This document shows positions 22,191 through 32,708 of a DNA stretch of 64,000 bases, in pieces. Below the pieces are notes generated by a model. That model saw nothing but the letters and a program-made list of their open reading frames with translations. It was not told where the DNA came from and ran no database searches. Source of the stretch: Acidobacteriota bacterium (GTDB lineage Bacteria > Acidobacteriota > UBA6911 > JACQSX01); contig JACQSX010000029.1 in the NCBI GenBank assembly GCA_016211105.1, forward strand, positions 5,210-69,209, read 5' to 3'. Position numbers and translations under genes: made by a program. The stretch's first letter is position 1. Each line of letters opens with the position of its first letter.

Positions 22191-22521
22191 ATTCCTTTCG
22201 GAGCCCCAGCCAGTCGAAGAAAATATCGGGGTTTTGATTCCAGATGGTAAACCAGCGAGCGATTTCAGCTTTCTCCATCCGTTTCTCTCCGCAGACTTTT
22301 GAATTTCTCGAAATCGCCTCGGCGCGCTTTCGACCCAGGAGGCAAATGCGGTGGCAATAACTGATGCCCTTCCGATCCCCTCTTTTGAAAAACTGCCGAT
22401 AGAGCATATCGATTTTCTGTAGTGAGAGTTCCGCTTCTTGCAGATTGCGAAACTTCAACACGTCCTCAAAATCATTCCGGTAGTCTCGGTCGATCTCGAC
22501 GTCTCTCATGTTGGGCCTCAA
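22150..22521 (-). CDS. Hypothetical protein (123 aa)
   Basis: Protein-like composition, EKAEIARWFTIWNQNPDIFFDWLGLRK; overlaps the next gene. Confidence 0.7.
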   Translation of the reverse strand: MRPNMRDVEIDRDYRNDFEDVLKFRNLQEAELSLQKIDMLYRQFFKRGDRKGISYCHRICLLGRKRAEAISRNSKVCGEKRMEKAEIARWFTIWNQNPDIFFDWLGLRKECDEFRTLFFGPDD

Positions 22522-22709
22522 GAATTCTTCGGGAGTATAACATATAAACGACGCGTCGCCGGAAGCAAAGAATCGTCCTGTTTGTGAAAGGGATGACTCG
22601 GCGAAAGGAAAGCGTCTTCATATAAAAGAAGCGGATGAAGGTTCTCGTTTCTTGAAATTAGCGCGCCTTTCGCGAATGATGGTGCTCGCCAGCAAACGAC
22701 AGCGATTCA

Positions 22710-23642
22710 ATGGGTCAGGTTATAGAGATGCGGAAAAAACTCCTTACCTACTATGGGGCGGCAGCGACGCTGAAGTTTTTTTCTGCGCTTCCACTCCCAG
22801 TGGCTTATGCGCTGGCACACGCCGCCGCCGCTGTATACTACTTCTTCGACAGGCGATACCGCCCCATCGGCCTGATCAACCTTCGCATCGCTTTTCCCGA
22901 ACGGAGTGAATCCTGGCGCGACTCGGTCCTGAGGCGCAGCTACAAGAACTTGAGCAATCTCCTAGTGGAGGTAAGCAAATTCCCAAAACTGACGCCAGAC
23001 AAGATCTCCCGCCGAGTTTCCTATACTGCAGGGAGCTTGAGGCGTTACCTGGGTGCAAAGCAAAAAAATAGCGGAGTGTTGTTTCTGACGGCGCACATGA
23101 GCGCATGGGAGTTGTTACCATTTGCTCACGCCCTCTATGGCTATCCTCTAAGTTTTGTGGTACGACCGATCGACAATCCGGATATAAACAAACTCTTGGA
23201 GCGCTATCGAGAAAAGTGTGGAAATCGTGTCATCCCAAAAAGGAATGCCCTCCGCGCGCTTCTAACAATCTTGCGGCGAAAAGGAGATGTGGGCATTTTA
23301 ATCGACCAAAATGTGCTTCCCAGTGAAGGGGTATTCGTGCCACTCTTTGGAAAGGAAGCGTGTACTACGAATGGGCCGGCGATGATCGCCCTACGCGCGG
23401 GTACGCCTGTGTTGCCGGGCTTTATTCTTCCTGACAAGAAGCAAGGGCACTATCTAATCCATTTCGGGGAGGAAATTCCCCTCTGTCGAAACGGCTCCCT
23501 GGAGGAAAACGTTCGCGTTTCTACCGAACGATTTAACCAGATCCTTGAGGACATCATACGCATGTACCCTGACTGCTGGCTTTGGGTGCATAAGCGCTGG
23601 AAGGCGCGTCCAGCCGGCGACCTGCAAGTCATCTATCCATGA
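22710..23642 (+). CDS. Lipid A late acyltransferase, LpxL/HtrB family
   Basis: HMSAWE (Hx4E), ILIDQ and WLWVHKRWK motifs. Confidence 0.92.
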   Translation: MGQVIEMRKKLLTYYGAAATLKFFSALPLPVAYALAHAAAAVYYFFDRRYRPIGLINLRIAFPERSESWRDSVLRRSYKNLSNLLVEVSKFPKLTPDKISRRVSYTAGSLRRYLGAKQKNSGVLFLTAHMSAWELLPFAHALYGYPLSFVVRPIDNPDINKLLERYREKCGNRVIPKRNALRALLTILRRKGDVGILIDQNVLPSEGVFVPLFGKEACTTNGPAMIALRAGTPVLPGFILPDKKQGHYLIHFGEEIPLCRNGSLEENVRVSTERFNQILEDIIRMYPDCWLWVHKRWKARPAGDLQVIYP

Positions 23643-24817
23643 ATCACCCGATCGCACAACACTGGAATGAGATCTCTCTACATCCAACACCACAGTGGCT
23701 CCACCCGGAAAGTCAGGACGCATTGCGACAGTTTCTGCGCCAGGATTCTGGAACCTATCTGCTCTGTGGCAATGGCAGCAAATGGTGGCTCGGCAATCCA
23801 TCCGATCCTGTTGGCCACTGCATCGACTTGCGCGGGCTCAATCGAGTTCTCGAATACTCTCCAGGAGATTTGACCGTCAACGTAGAGGCTGGAATCAGCT
23901 TGTTTACACTAAATTCAGTTCTGTCAGAGAAGAACCAAACATTCCCCGTAGATCCACCCATGGCGCGGGAAGCGACCATCGGAGGAATTGTTGCCGTGGG
24001 CATCTCGGGTCCGTTACAACAGCTCTACGGATCGGTGCGCGATAAGGTTTTGGGAATGAAGGTTATGCACGCCGACGGCACTATCACCCGAGCAGGGGGA
24101 AGAGTGGTAAAAAACGTCGCCGGCTATGACCTATGCAAGTTGTACACCGGGTCTCTGGGAACCTTGGTTGCTATCCTGGAAGTTATACTGCGGGTCTTTC
24201 CCGCTTCTCAGGCTACGCGTTCAGTTGTGATACCAACGTTCAGTTGCGAGCAAGCCAAAGCGATGTTTATGGAAATGCGCCGCATGCCACTGGCACCGTC
24301 TGGCGTCGTCTACTGGGAAATCGGTAATCAATCTCCCTGTTTGCTGATGCGTATTTGCGGCGCCCCAAAATTGGTAGATGAGCAGGCATCACGGCTCGCC
24401 TCAGAATTTCCTTCGGCGGGCATCCAATCCGCAGATCTGATTGGTTCCGCGTTCCATTCTTTCTATCGAAACCCCTGTCCGATATGGCTGCGGATCGAAT
24501 CGCTTCTCAGCTCAATGGAGGAAGTGGTGCGCCGCGTCTGCCAGGAACTCATGGTGAATTCCGCCATGATTGATTTCAGTTCCGGCCGATGTCATTTCGC
24601 GGTCTCTTCTGCCTCGGCTGAAGATCTGGGCCGTATTCGAGGTAATCTCAAGGAGCTGAACGCGGCGCTAATCATCGAAAAGGCGCCACTTTCCCTCAAA
24701 CAACAAGTCGACGTCTGGGGGTCAACCAGGAGTGATCTGATGCTGGCGCGCAAAATCAAAGCGACACTGGATCCGCGGAGGCGATTCAACCCAGGAATTT
24801 ATGTCCGCGATATCTGA
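23639..24817 (+). CDS. glcE: Glycolate oxidase FAD subunit GlcE-like
   Basis: DLTVNVEAG, ATIGGIVA, GGRVVKNVAGYDLCKL and DPRRRFNPG motifs. Confidence 0.85.
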   Translation: MNHPIAQHWNEISLHPTPQWLHPESQDALRQFLRQDSGTYLLCGNGSKWWLGNPSDPVGHCIDLRGLNRVLEYSPGDLTVNVEAGISLFTLNSVLSEKNQTFPVDPPMAREATIGGIVAVGISGPLQQLYGSVRDKVLGMKVMHADGTITRAGGRVVKNVAGYDLCKLYTGSLGTLVAILEVILRVFPASQATRSVVIPTFSCEQAKAMFMEMRRMPLAPSGVVYWEIGNQSPCLLMRICGAPKLVDEQASRLASEFPSAGIQSADLIGSAFHSFYRNPCPIWLRIESLLSSMEEVVRRVCQELMVNSAMIDFSSGRCHFAVSSASAEDLGRIRGNLKELNAALIIEKAPLSLKQQVDVWGSTRSDLMLARKIKATLDPRRRFNPGIYVRDI

Positions 24818-26087
24818 TTTTGCCGCAAAGGCAGAAAACCTGGATTGCATCCACTGCGGTCTTTGTCTTTCATCCTGCCCCACCTACACACAACTCTGGC
24901 GCGAAGCAGATTCTCCACGCGGGCGAATTTATCTCATTAACGCGCTTCGGCAGGGACGAATCGGGATTGACCGTACGTTTCAAGAGCACATCGACCTTTG
25001 CCTCGGGTGCCGTTCTTGCGAAAGTGCCTGTCCCTCGGGAGTCCAGTTCGAACGCTTGTTAATCGAAGCGCGCGCGAAGATGGAAAAAGTAATGCCACGC
25101 GGAGGGCTGCAAAGCCTGCTCCGCAGAGTCGGATTTCATTACCTGCTCCCCTACCCCGGGCGGCTACATGCATTTTTCAGATTCACTCGTCACATGCAGA
25201 AGTTGCCGGTAACGAAAATGCGCAAGCTGGTTACTCCCAGCTCATTCATTGGGCGAAGCTTGGAATTATTGGAAGATCTCCCATGGATAGATCCACGATC
25301 GTTCATTCTCATCGGGAGTTTTGCTGCGCTGGCGCCACGCCGGCGGGCAGTTGCTTTCTTTCGCGGCTGCGTAATGAACGAAGTATACTTTCCTGCCCAG
25401 CTTGCCACCCTCCACGTCCTGCGAACGGCGGGTTGCGACATCGAAGTCATTAGAGAACAAACTTGTTGCGGTGCCCTGCACGAACACAATGGCTACCGAG
25501 TACACGCACGCGAACTGGCGTGGCAGAATATTCAGGGCTTTAAGAAACTTCCTCATGTACCGATTATCTCCAATTCAGGCGGATGCGGGGCTTTTCTTAA
25601 GCACTACGATTCCCTGTTCGATGTCACGGATCCACGACGCAAAGAAGCAGAAGCGTTCAGCGCCCGAATACGTGATTTTTCACAATTCTTAATCGATCTC
25701 CAGTGGGAGTTGCCGCTGGCTCCTCTGGACATGCGTATCACGTACCACGACCCTTGTCACTTGATTCACGGGCAGGGAATTTCACAGCAGCCACGGCTTC
25801 TCCTGCAACAAATTCCAGGCATCCAGTACGTGGAACTGCGCAGGGCCTCGTCATGCTGCGGCAACGCCGGCACGTACAGCCTTACGGAACCGGGGATGTC
25901 AGCTCGCGTGCTGCACGACAAAATTGAAAACATCGCCGCAACCGGAGCGCAGGCGGTGATCACCGCCAATCCCGGTTGCATGCTGCAAATACAATCTGGC
26001 CTACGAAAGGCGGGACTCGATATCCAGGTGCTTCACTTGGCGGAGTTTCTGAGCAGATCGCTCCGCGGTTCCACTCACAAAAGATAG
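24801..26087 (+). CDS. glcF: Glycolate oxidase Fe-S subunit GlcF-like
   Basis: CIHCGLCLSSCP and CLGCRSCESACP ferredoxin motifs; two CCG domains; YHDPCHL and ANPGC. Confidence 0.9.
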   Translation: MSAISDFAAKAENLDCIHCGLCLSSCPTYTQLWREADSPRGRIYLINALRQGRIGIDRTFQEHIDLCLGCRSCESACPSGVQFERLLIEARAKMEKVMPRGGLQSLLRRVGFHYLLPYPGRLHAFFRFTRHMQKLPVTKMRKLVTPSSFIGRSLELLEDLPWIDPRSFILIGSFAALAPRRRAVAFFRGCVMNEVYFPAQLATLHVLRTAGCDIEVIREQTCCGALHEHNGYRVHARELAWQNIQGFKKLPHVPIISNSGGCGAFLKHYDSLFDVTDPRRKEAEAFSARIRDFSQFLIDLQWELPLAPLDMRITYHDPCHLIHGQGISQQPRLLLQQIPGIQYVELRRASSCCGNAGTYSLTEPGMSARVLHDKIENIAATGAQAVITANPGCMLQIQSGLRKAGLDIQVLHLAEFLSRSLRGSTHKR

Positions 26088-26281
26088 CATTGCCGCCACC
26101 GGGAGCGCCCCCTATACTGTAAAGGCGCTTCGGCGCAATCCGAACCCCGCAGCAGGCGCTGGGTGAAGGCTGATCGACATCTTTCGAAGAGCCGACAAAT
26201 TGCGACGGTACGCCACAAGGCCTAGCCCTCGGGAAATACGACGACAGCGCAAGAAGTCCAAAAAGGAGAGATTATCTCGAT

Positions 26282-26935
26282 ATGCTTGAGTGGCTCTACG
26301 AGTTTTTTTCCCGATTGCACAATCTAGAAGAATTAATCCAGTGGGGTGGCTACAGCGTTCTGGGAGGTATCGTTTTCTGCGAGACCGGTATCATGCTTGG
26401 ATTTTTTCTACCCGGAGATTCTCTCTTAGTAACGGCGGGATTGTTCGCCGCTAAAGGCGATCTGCATATTGTTTGGTTGAACGTGGGGTTGAGTGTAGCA
26501 GCAATCTCGGGAGACAGTCTCGGATATTGGATTGGAGCCAGAGGCGGCAAAAAAATTTATTCCCGCCCAGACTCGCGCTTCTTTCGTCGGCAACATCTGC
26601 TTGCCGCCAAATCTTTCTATGACAAGCACGGAGGCAAGACCATCGTATTCGCGCGGTTCATGCCCATCGTTCGCACCTTCGCGCCGGTGGTTGCAGGAGT
26701 GGCGGAGATGAACTACTCAAGTTTCCTTACATATAACATCCTCGGCGGTCTTGGCTGGGTGTTCAGCATGACGATGTTGGGATTTATCCTCGGCAAAAGC
26801 ATTCCCAATGTGGATCAATATATCTACTGGGTCGTAACCGTAGTTATCATCCTATCTCTGCTTCCTGGTTTTGCACATTACTGGAAGGAACGAAAGCAAT
26901 CAAATGTCGAACTGGGAATTGCAGATGAGGAATGA
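26282..26935 (+). CDS. DedA/VTT family membrane protein
   Basis: FFLPGDSLL and ARFMPIVRTFAP motifs. Confidence 0.95.
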   Translation: MLEWLYEFFSRLHNLEELIQWGGYSVLGGIVFCETGIMLGFFLPGDSLLVTAGLFAAKGDLHIVWLNVGLSVAAISGDSLGYWIGARGGKKIYSRPDSRFFRRQHLLAAKSFYDKHGGKTIVFARFMPIVRTFAPVVAGVAEMNYSSFLTYNILGGLGWVFSMTMLGFILGKSIPNVDQYIYWVVTVVIILSLLPGFAHYWKERKQSNVELGIADEE

Positions 26936-27018
26936 AAAACCCGTCTCTAAGAGGTTGGGATCACGCCACAATGGCCACTCGCACAAACCGAAAAACCGAA
27001 TTTGTAAGTCAACTTGGT

Positions 27019-27510
27019 ATGATGCGAGATTTCAAATTGCGCATCGCTGTTATTGGAACGTCGGTTACGATGCCACAGACCGATCTCCTGGCTGAAAAGG
27101 TGGGTTTTCTGATTGCCACCAACGGCGCCATCCTCTTATGCGGGGGCTTGGGAGGCATCATGGAGGCCGCAGCGCGCGCCTGCAAACAAGCCGGCGGCAC
27201 CACCGTCGGGATTCTGCCTGGAATCTCGGAACTGGAGGCCAATCCTCATATCGATATCCCTATTGTCACGGGCCTGGCCGAAGCCCGCAATGCCGTGTTG
27301 ATTCGATCCAGCCATGCAGCCATCGCCATCGGCGGAGGATATGGAACCCTTTCAGAAATAGGATTCGCACTTAAGCTGGAAATTCCGGTGGTGGGGCTGG
27401 AAACCTGGAAATTCGCATCTTCTGGACCCTGCCCGGACCTGCATTACGCCGGCTCTGCAGAAGAAGCAGTGCAAATGGCGCTACAGTTGGCGCGGGACAA
27501 GCTCCGCTAG
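27019..27510 (+). CDS. LOG-family nucleotide-binding protein (TIGR00725-type)
   Basis: CGGLGGIMEA, GILPG, ARN and GGGYGTLSE motifs; exact start uncertain. Confidence 0.9.
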   Translation: MMRDFKLRIAVIGTSVTMPQTDLLAEKVGFLIATNGAILLCGGLGGIMEAAARACKQAGGTTVGILPGISELEANPHIDIPIVTGLAEARNAVLIRSSHAAIAIGGGYGTLSEIGFALKLEIPVVGLETWKFASSGPCPDLHYAGSAEEAVQMALQLARDKLR

Positions 27511-27600
27511 TCCTGTTGCCTTTCCGGATATCAATTGCAGCCTGCGAATTTCGGATTCCCCCCAGAATCGAAATCCGCGGCGCGCAATCTGGTCGACGCG

Positions 27601-30600
27601 CTAGCCCGAGAAGTCGCTCCCTGCCATCCTTCTTACTTCGAATCCCTTCCAGATTTCGTAAATGGCCGGATAGACGAGCAACTCCAGCAGGAAAGACGTG
27701 AAGATTCCGCCAATCATTGGAGCTGCAATGCGCCTCATGACATCAGCTCCAGCACCCACGGACCACATAATGGGCACCAGGCCCATAAACATCACCCCTA
27801 CCGTCATGACCTTGGGCCGCAAGCGTCTGACCGCGCCAAACTCAATGGCTTGTTTGAGGTCCGCCGTCGACTTCATCGTTCCCTGAGCAACACGCTCGGC
27901 ATAAGCCAGGTCCAAATAGAGAAGCATAAACACGGCCGTCTCTGCATCCACTCCCAGCAGCGCAATCAATCCCACCCAAACCGCGATGCTCATGTTGTAG
28001 TTCAGTAGATAAAGCAACCAAATCGCCCCGACCGCAGAGAACGGCACTGCCAGGAAAATGATGAATGTCTTCGCCACCGAGCCGGTGTTCAGGTAGAGCA
28101 AAAGAAAAACGATAATCAGCGTCACCGGGACGACATAAAGCAGGCGCTCTTTCACTCTTTGCATGTATTCATACTGTCCGCTCCACAACAGTTGATAACC
28201 CGGGGGAACCTGCAATCTTTCGGCAACAACTTTCCTGGCTTCTTCCACGTACCCTCCAAGATCGCGTCCAGTCACATCCACATAGACAAAACCAGCCAGA
28301 AAACCTTCCTCGTTTTTTATCATCGGAGGCCCCGTCCGCACCGTCAGCCGCGCCAACTGCGCCAGAGGAACCTGAGCGCCGGTCGCTGTAGGCACTAACA
28401 CCCTCTGTAACTGGACAAGATTTTCCCGCAGGCCGCGGGCATAGCGGACATTGATCGGGTATCGCTCTCGACCTTCAATCGTGTTGGTGATGTTCTTGCC
28501 ACCGATGGCAGTCTCGATCACGTTGTTGATCTCTCCGACGCTCAGACCATAGCGAGCGGCCTCGCGCCGATCCACTTCAAAATCCAAGTAATATCCTCCC
28601 GTAACGCGTTCGAAAAAGGCGCTGCGCGTTCCAGCAATTTCCTGAACTATTTTCTCAAGCCGGATCCCCACCTCCTCGATCGTTTCAAGTTTCGGCCCCA
28701 AGATCTTGATGCCTACCGGCGTTCTCATACCGGTCGTGATCATGTCGATTCGAGTGCGGATGGGGAAAAGCCAAGCGTTGGGAAACGACGGAATCTGCAC
28801 CGCTCCGTCCATTTGAGTAATAAGTTCTTCCCATGCGATGGGTCGTTCCTCGGGCCAAATTGCGCGCAATGGCCTCTTCCAAAATTCGGGCAGCCAGCTC
28901 GAATACCACCGATTCTGCCTGACTCTACGCCACTCGTTTTCCGGTTTTAGCACCACCGTCGTCTCGACCATGCTCAGAGGCGCCGGATCGGTGGCGGTTT
29001 CCGCCTTACCGATCTTTCCAAAAACGCTCTGGACCTCGGGAAACTGCTTAATCAATTTGTCTTGAATCTGAAGATACCGGGTGGCTTCGGTGATTGAAAT
29101 TCCTGGCAGGGTAATGGGCATGTAGAGGATCGTCCCCTCATTGAGCGGAGGCATAAATTCGGAACCGAGCTTTTGATACACCGGGATCGTTGCCATTACC
29201 ACAAGCGCAGCCGCGGCAATCACAAACCATTTATGGGCGAGAACGAAACGCAGCGCTGGCTGATACATCCGCATCAAAGGACGACTGATCGGGTGGCGCT
29301 CTTCACTATGAATCTTTCCAACCAGGACTGCATTTACGATTCGAGCCAGCCATCGGGGACGGAAGTGGAACTCCTTGGTCCGCATAAAGAGGAGTCGCAG
29401 CGCTGGGTCCAGGGTGATGGCCAGCAACGCGGCGATGGCTACCGAGAAGTTTTTCGTAAACGCAAGCGGTTTAAACAGGCGTCCCTCCTGAGCTTGCAGC
29501 GCGAAGATGGGGAGGAACGAAATGGCGATAACCAACAACGAAAAGAAACTGGGTCCACCCACTTCTTTCACGGCGTCGACAATGACGCGGGTGGCGCTTT
29601 CCCGGCGTCCGCCGGATTCCCATTGCTCCAACTTCTTATGAGTCTGCTCCACCACTACAATCGCTGCGTCCACGATGGCTCCAATTGCGATGGCAATGCC
29701 ACCCAACGACATGATGTTGGAGGTGATCCCCATCGAATACATCGGGATAAACGACAGAATGATGGCCACGGGGATGGTGATTATGGGAATGACGGCGCTG
29801 GGGATGTGCCAGAGGAAGACCAAAATGACCAGGCTGACAATCGCAAGCTCCTCGATCAACGTACGCTTTAACGTGTCGATGGATCGCCGGATCAGGTCGG
29901 ATCGGTCATAGGTGACCGTCACTTCGACTCCTTCTGGTAAGGAGCTTTCGATCTCCTCCAGCTTGTTTTTCACTCGCCCGATGACATCCATGACATTCTC
30001 GCCGTAGCGTACAATCACGATCCCACCTGTTACTTCTCCTTCTCCATTAAGCTCAACGATGCCCCGCCGCATGTCGGGCCCAAGCTGCACAGTGGCCACA
30101 TCCTCCACCAGGATCGGCGTCCCCTTTCCGTCTGATCCCACCACCAGGCTCTGGATATCGTCCACAGAGCTCAGATAGCCTCTTCCACGGACGATGTACT
30201 CTTTCCCGGTAAATTCCACAACTCGTCCCCCCACCTCGTTGTTGCTGTTGCGTATTCCTTCGATCACGTTATGGGGCGACAAATTAAAGGCGAGCAATTT
30301 ATTCGGGTCCAGTATCACCTGATATTGCTTGACATACCCGCCGACTGACGCAACTTCGGCCACTCCAGGCACACTTTCCAGCCAATAGCGCATGTACCAG
30401 TCATTGAACGAGCGCAACTGCGCCAGATTATGTTTCCCTCTTCGATCCACCAGCGCGTACTCAAATGCCCAACCGACTCCGGTCGCGTCCGGACCCAGAC
30501 TTGGCGTTACACCTTCCGGAAGTTTGCCGGCGATCTTGCTCATGTACTCAAGCGCGCGGCTTCGGCCCCAATAGATATCGGTCCCTTCTTCGAAAATCAC

Positions 30601-30882
30601 ATAAACGTAAGAGAAGCCATAGTCCGAAATCCCTCGCACCACGCTGACGTGCGGCGCAGCAAGCATGGTGGAGACGATCGGGTAAGTGATCTGATCTTCC
30701 ACCAGGTCCGGGCTCCGTCCCGGCCATTCGCTATAAATGATTACCTGCGGATCGGACAAATCTGGAATCGCATCCAGCGGAAGATGGAACATGGACCAGA
30801 GCCCAATCGCAACTCCACTTATCACCAGGAAGACCACGAGAAACCGATGCGCGGCGCAGTATTCAATGATTTGGTGGATCAT
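27601..30882 (-). CDS. cusA: CusA/CzcA heavy-metal RND efflux permease (Cu/Ag type)
   Basis: LDAIPDLSD, GPDATGVGW, GSEFMPPLNEG.ILYMP, DPAPLSM.ET (Met triad region) and RLRPKVMT. Start MIHQII at 30882. Confidence 0.95.
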   Translation of the reverse strand: MIHQIIEYCAAHRFLVVFLVISGVAIGLWSMFHLPLDAIPDLSDPQVIIYSEWPGRSPDLVEDQITYPIVSTMLAAPHVSVVRGISDYGFSYVYVIFEEGTDIYWGRSRALEYMSKIAGKLPEGVTPSLGPDATGVGWAFEYALVDRRGKHNLAQLRSFNDWYMRYWLESVPGVAEVASVGGYVKQYQVILDPNKLLAFNLSPHNVIEGIRNSNNEVGGRVVEFTGKEYIVRGRGYLSSVDDIQSLVVGSDGKGTPILVEDVATVQLGPDMRRGIVELNGEGEVTGGIVIVRYGENVMDVIGRVKNKLEEIESSLPEGVEVTVTYDRSDLIRRSIDTLKRTLIEELAIVSLVILVFLWHIPSAVIPIITIPVAIILSFIPMYSMGITSNIMSLGGIAIAIGAIVDAAIVVVEQTHKKLEQWESGGRRESATRVIVDAVKEVGGPSFFSLLVIAISFLPIFALQAQEGRLFKPLAFTKNFSVAIAALLAITLDPALRLLFMRTKEFHFRPRWLARIVNAVLVGKIHSEERHPISRPLMRMYQPALRFVLAHKWFVIAAAALVVMATIPVYQKLGSEFMPPLNEGTILYMPITLPGISITEATRYLQIQDKLIKQFPEVQSVFGKIGKAETATDPAPLSMVETTVVLKPENEWRRVRQNRWYSSWLPEFWKRPLRAIWPEERPIAWEELITQMDGAVQIPSFPNAWLFPIRTRIDMITTGMRTPVGIKILGPKLETIEEVGIRLEKIVQEIAGTRSAFFERVTGGYYLDFEVDRREAARYGLSVGEINNVIETAIGGKNITNTIEGRERYPINVRYARGLRENLVQLQRVLVPTATGAQVPLAQLARLTVRTGPPMIKNEEGFLAGFVYVDVTGRDLGGYVEEARKVVAERLQVPPGYQLLWSGQYEYMQRVKERLLYVVPVTLIIVFLLLYLNTGSVAKTFIIFLAVPFSAVGAIWLLYLLNYNMSIAVWVGLIALLGVDAETAVFMLLYLDLAYAERVAQGTMKSTADLKQAIEFGAVRRLRPKVMTVGVMFMGLVPIMWSVGAGADVMRRIAAPMIGGIFTSFLLELLVYPAIYEIWKGFEVRRMAGSDFSG

Positions 30883-30892
30883 TGTGGGTCCT

Positions 30893-32548
30893 CTATCTGG
30901 CGGTGATGCTGAATTGCGCAGAGCCCAGCAACTGGCCTCCACGCTCGACGGTAACGGCGGTTTCCCAGGTCCAGGCCATGGGCACGCTCAGCATGCCGGA
31001 ATAGTCGCCATTCCCTTGCGCCGACAGCCTTGTTTCCGAGCTCATGGGAGGCATCGAACCCATGGCAGGCATGGAAATGCGCACTTGGACCACGGCATCG
31101 TTGATCGGTGTTCCATGCGCGTCAACTACCCTGACCCGGACCATGTTATTGCCCGCCTTCGCCGGATCGGGTTCAGTGCGCAGTTGGATTTGGAGTTGTT
31201 GCGCCGCGGCTGGCACTGCTGAAATTGGGTTTTGGGGAGCACCCATACCGGCAAACGCGCCTTTGAGCCTGCTTTCGGAGTCAAGAATAAAATTTGCGGC
31301 CGTCGCTACTCTTTCCCCCGACTTTAATCCCTCATGAATGGCATAGTACCCTTCAGCCTGCAGCCCCACTCTTACCTGCCTCGGTTCAAAGTAACCATTT
31401 CCCTGATCCACAAAAACATATTGTTGGGCGCCGGTATCCAGCACGGCGTCTTCAGGTATCGTCAACTGCCGGCCCAGGCCAATGTGCACCTTTACATTTA
31501 CAAACATATCCGGCCGGAGTTGATAGTTCGGATTATCAAACTCCATCCGGACTTGGACCGTCCGCGTAGTTGGGTTCAGATAAGGATAGACATAGGTGAC
31601 CGTGCCAGTCAGGCGTTGGAATGCTTCTGGATAGGGGAACTCCACATCCACTCTCTGGCCCACTCGAACCAGCGGCAACTCGTACTCGTAAATCTCCGCC
31701 AGAACCCATACTCTAGTAAGGTCGACAATCGTGTAGAGGTCCATCTCAGGAGCAACGTACCGACCGTGGTGATAAGCGGTGCGCTCGGTCACCAGTCCGC
31801 CAGTAGGCGAATAGATCACAATCTCCCGCTTTGATTTACCCCGCCTTTCAAGATCTGCGATCTCTTCATCCGTGACATCCCACAGTTGCGGACGGCGGCG
31901 GCTTGCCTCCAAAAGATCTCGCGTGCTCTTCGAAACCCACTCCAGGGGAGTATCTCCAAGGTCCCTCCGCGCCCGCAGAGCAAGCAGATATTCTTCCTGG
32001 GTAGCCACAAGATCCGGGCTGTAGATGCTGAAAAGCGGATCGCCTTTTTTGACGAATTTCCCTACGAAGTCAACAAATACCTGTTCGATCCAGCCATTGA
32101 CCTTGGTATGGATGTGTGTAACTTTAGTCTCATCGTAGGCAATCTTGCCGACGGTTCGGATCTCCTTTGACAGGAGTCGAAGGGTCGCCGGTGCCGTTTG
32201 TACACCGATCAGTTGCTGGCGCTGGGGCGCAATAAATATGGCCCTCGCTTCCCCGACTGCCTGCTTAGCGCCAGCGGTATCATCGGGCATGTCCATTCCT
32301 GGCATGCTGCCAACTGTACGGGTTGGCGTTTCATGGATACGGGCGTGTTCTTTTAGGGCGAATCTCCGTACGATGCGTTGTCCCCAAGCTGTTCGTTGTA
32401 GCTCCATGCCATAGAACTGCCAGACCACCCATGCGCCTCCCGCCAACAGGATCAGCGCCAGCAACAAACTCGTCAGTTTCCCACGCACCCCACAGCGGGA
32501 GCCCGATATTTCCTCTTTGGAAGAGGTCCTTTCATTTCCCAAGCTCAT
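30893..32548 (-). CDS. cusB: CusB-type RND periplasmic adaptor with C-terminal YtkA/FixH-like Met-rich domain
   Basis: YSPDLVATQEEYL, LRPDMFV and ANFILDSESRL motifs; C-terminal SMPAMGSMPPM. Start MSLG follows GGGAGG. Confidence 0.9.
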   Translation of the reverse strand: MSLGNERTSSKEEISGSRCGVRGKLTSLLLALILLAGGAWVVWQFYGMELQRTAWGQRIVRRFALKEHARIHETPTRTVGSMPGMDMPDDTAGAKQAVGEARAIFIAPQRQQLIGVQTAPATLRLLSKEIRTVGKIAYDETKVTHIHTKVNGWIEQVFVDFVGKFVKKGDPLFSIYSPDLVATQEEYLLALRARRDLGDTPLEWVSKSTRDLLEASRRRPQLWDVTDEEIADLERRGKSKREIVIYSPTGGLVTERTAYHHGRYVAPEMDLYTIVDLTRVWVLAEIYEYELPLVRVGQRVDVEFPYPEAFQRLTGTVTYVYPYLNPTTRTVQVRMEFDNPNYQLRPDMFVNVKVHIGLGRQLTIPEDAVLDTGAQQYVFVDQGNGYFEPRQVRVGLQAEGYYAIHEGLKSGERVATAANFILDSESRLKGAFAGMGAPQNPISAVPAAAQQLQIQLRTEPDPAKAGNNMVRVRVVDAHGTPINDAVVQVRISMPAMGSMPPMSSETRLSAQGNGDYSGMLSVPMAWTWETAVTVERGGQLLGSAQFSITAR

Positions 32549-32708
32549 TTTTATCCTCCCCGGATGCCCCACTTTGCAGGCAATCCGCTTTCATAAGATT
32601 TGATTTTGCAAGGGTGTCTCCAATGCCGATTCTGTCGACTGCGGGACTTACGGAAACCAACCACTTCGGCGGCCGTGGGCATAGTGCGGCGCCCACAACA
32701 CGGAGGCT

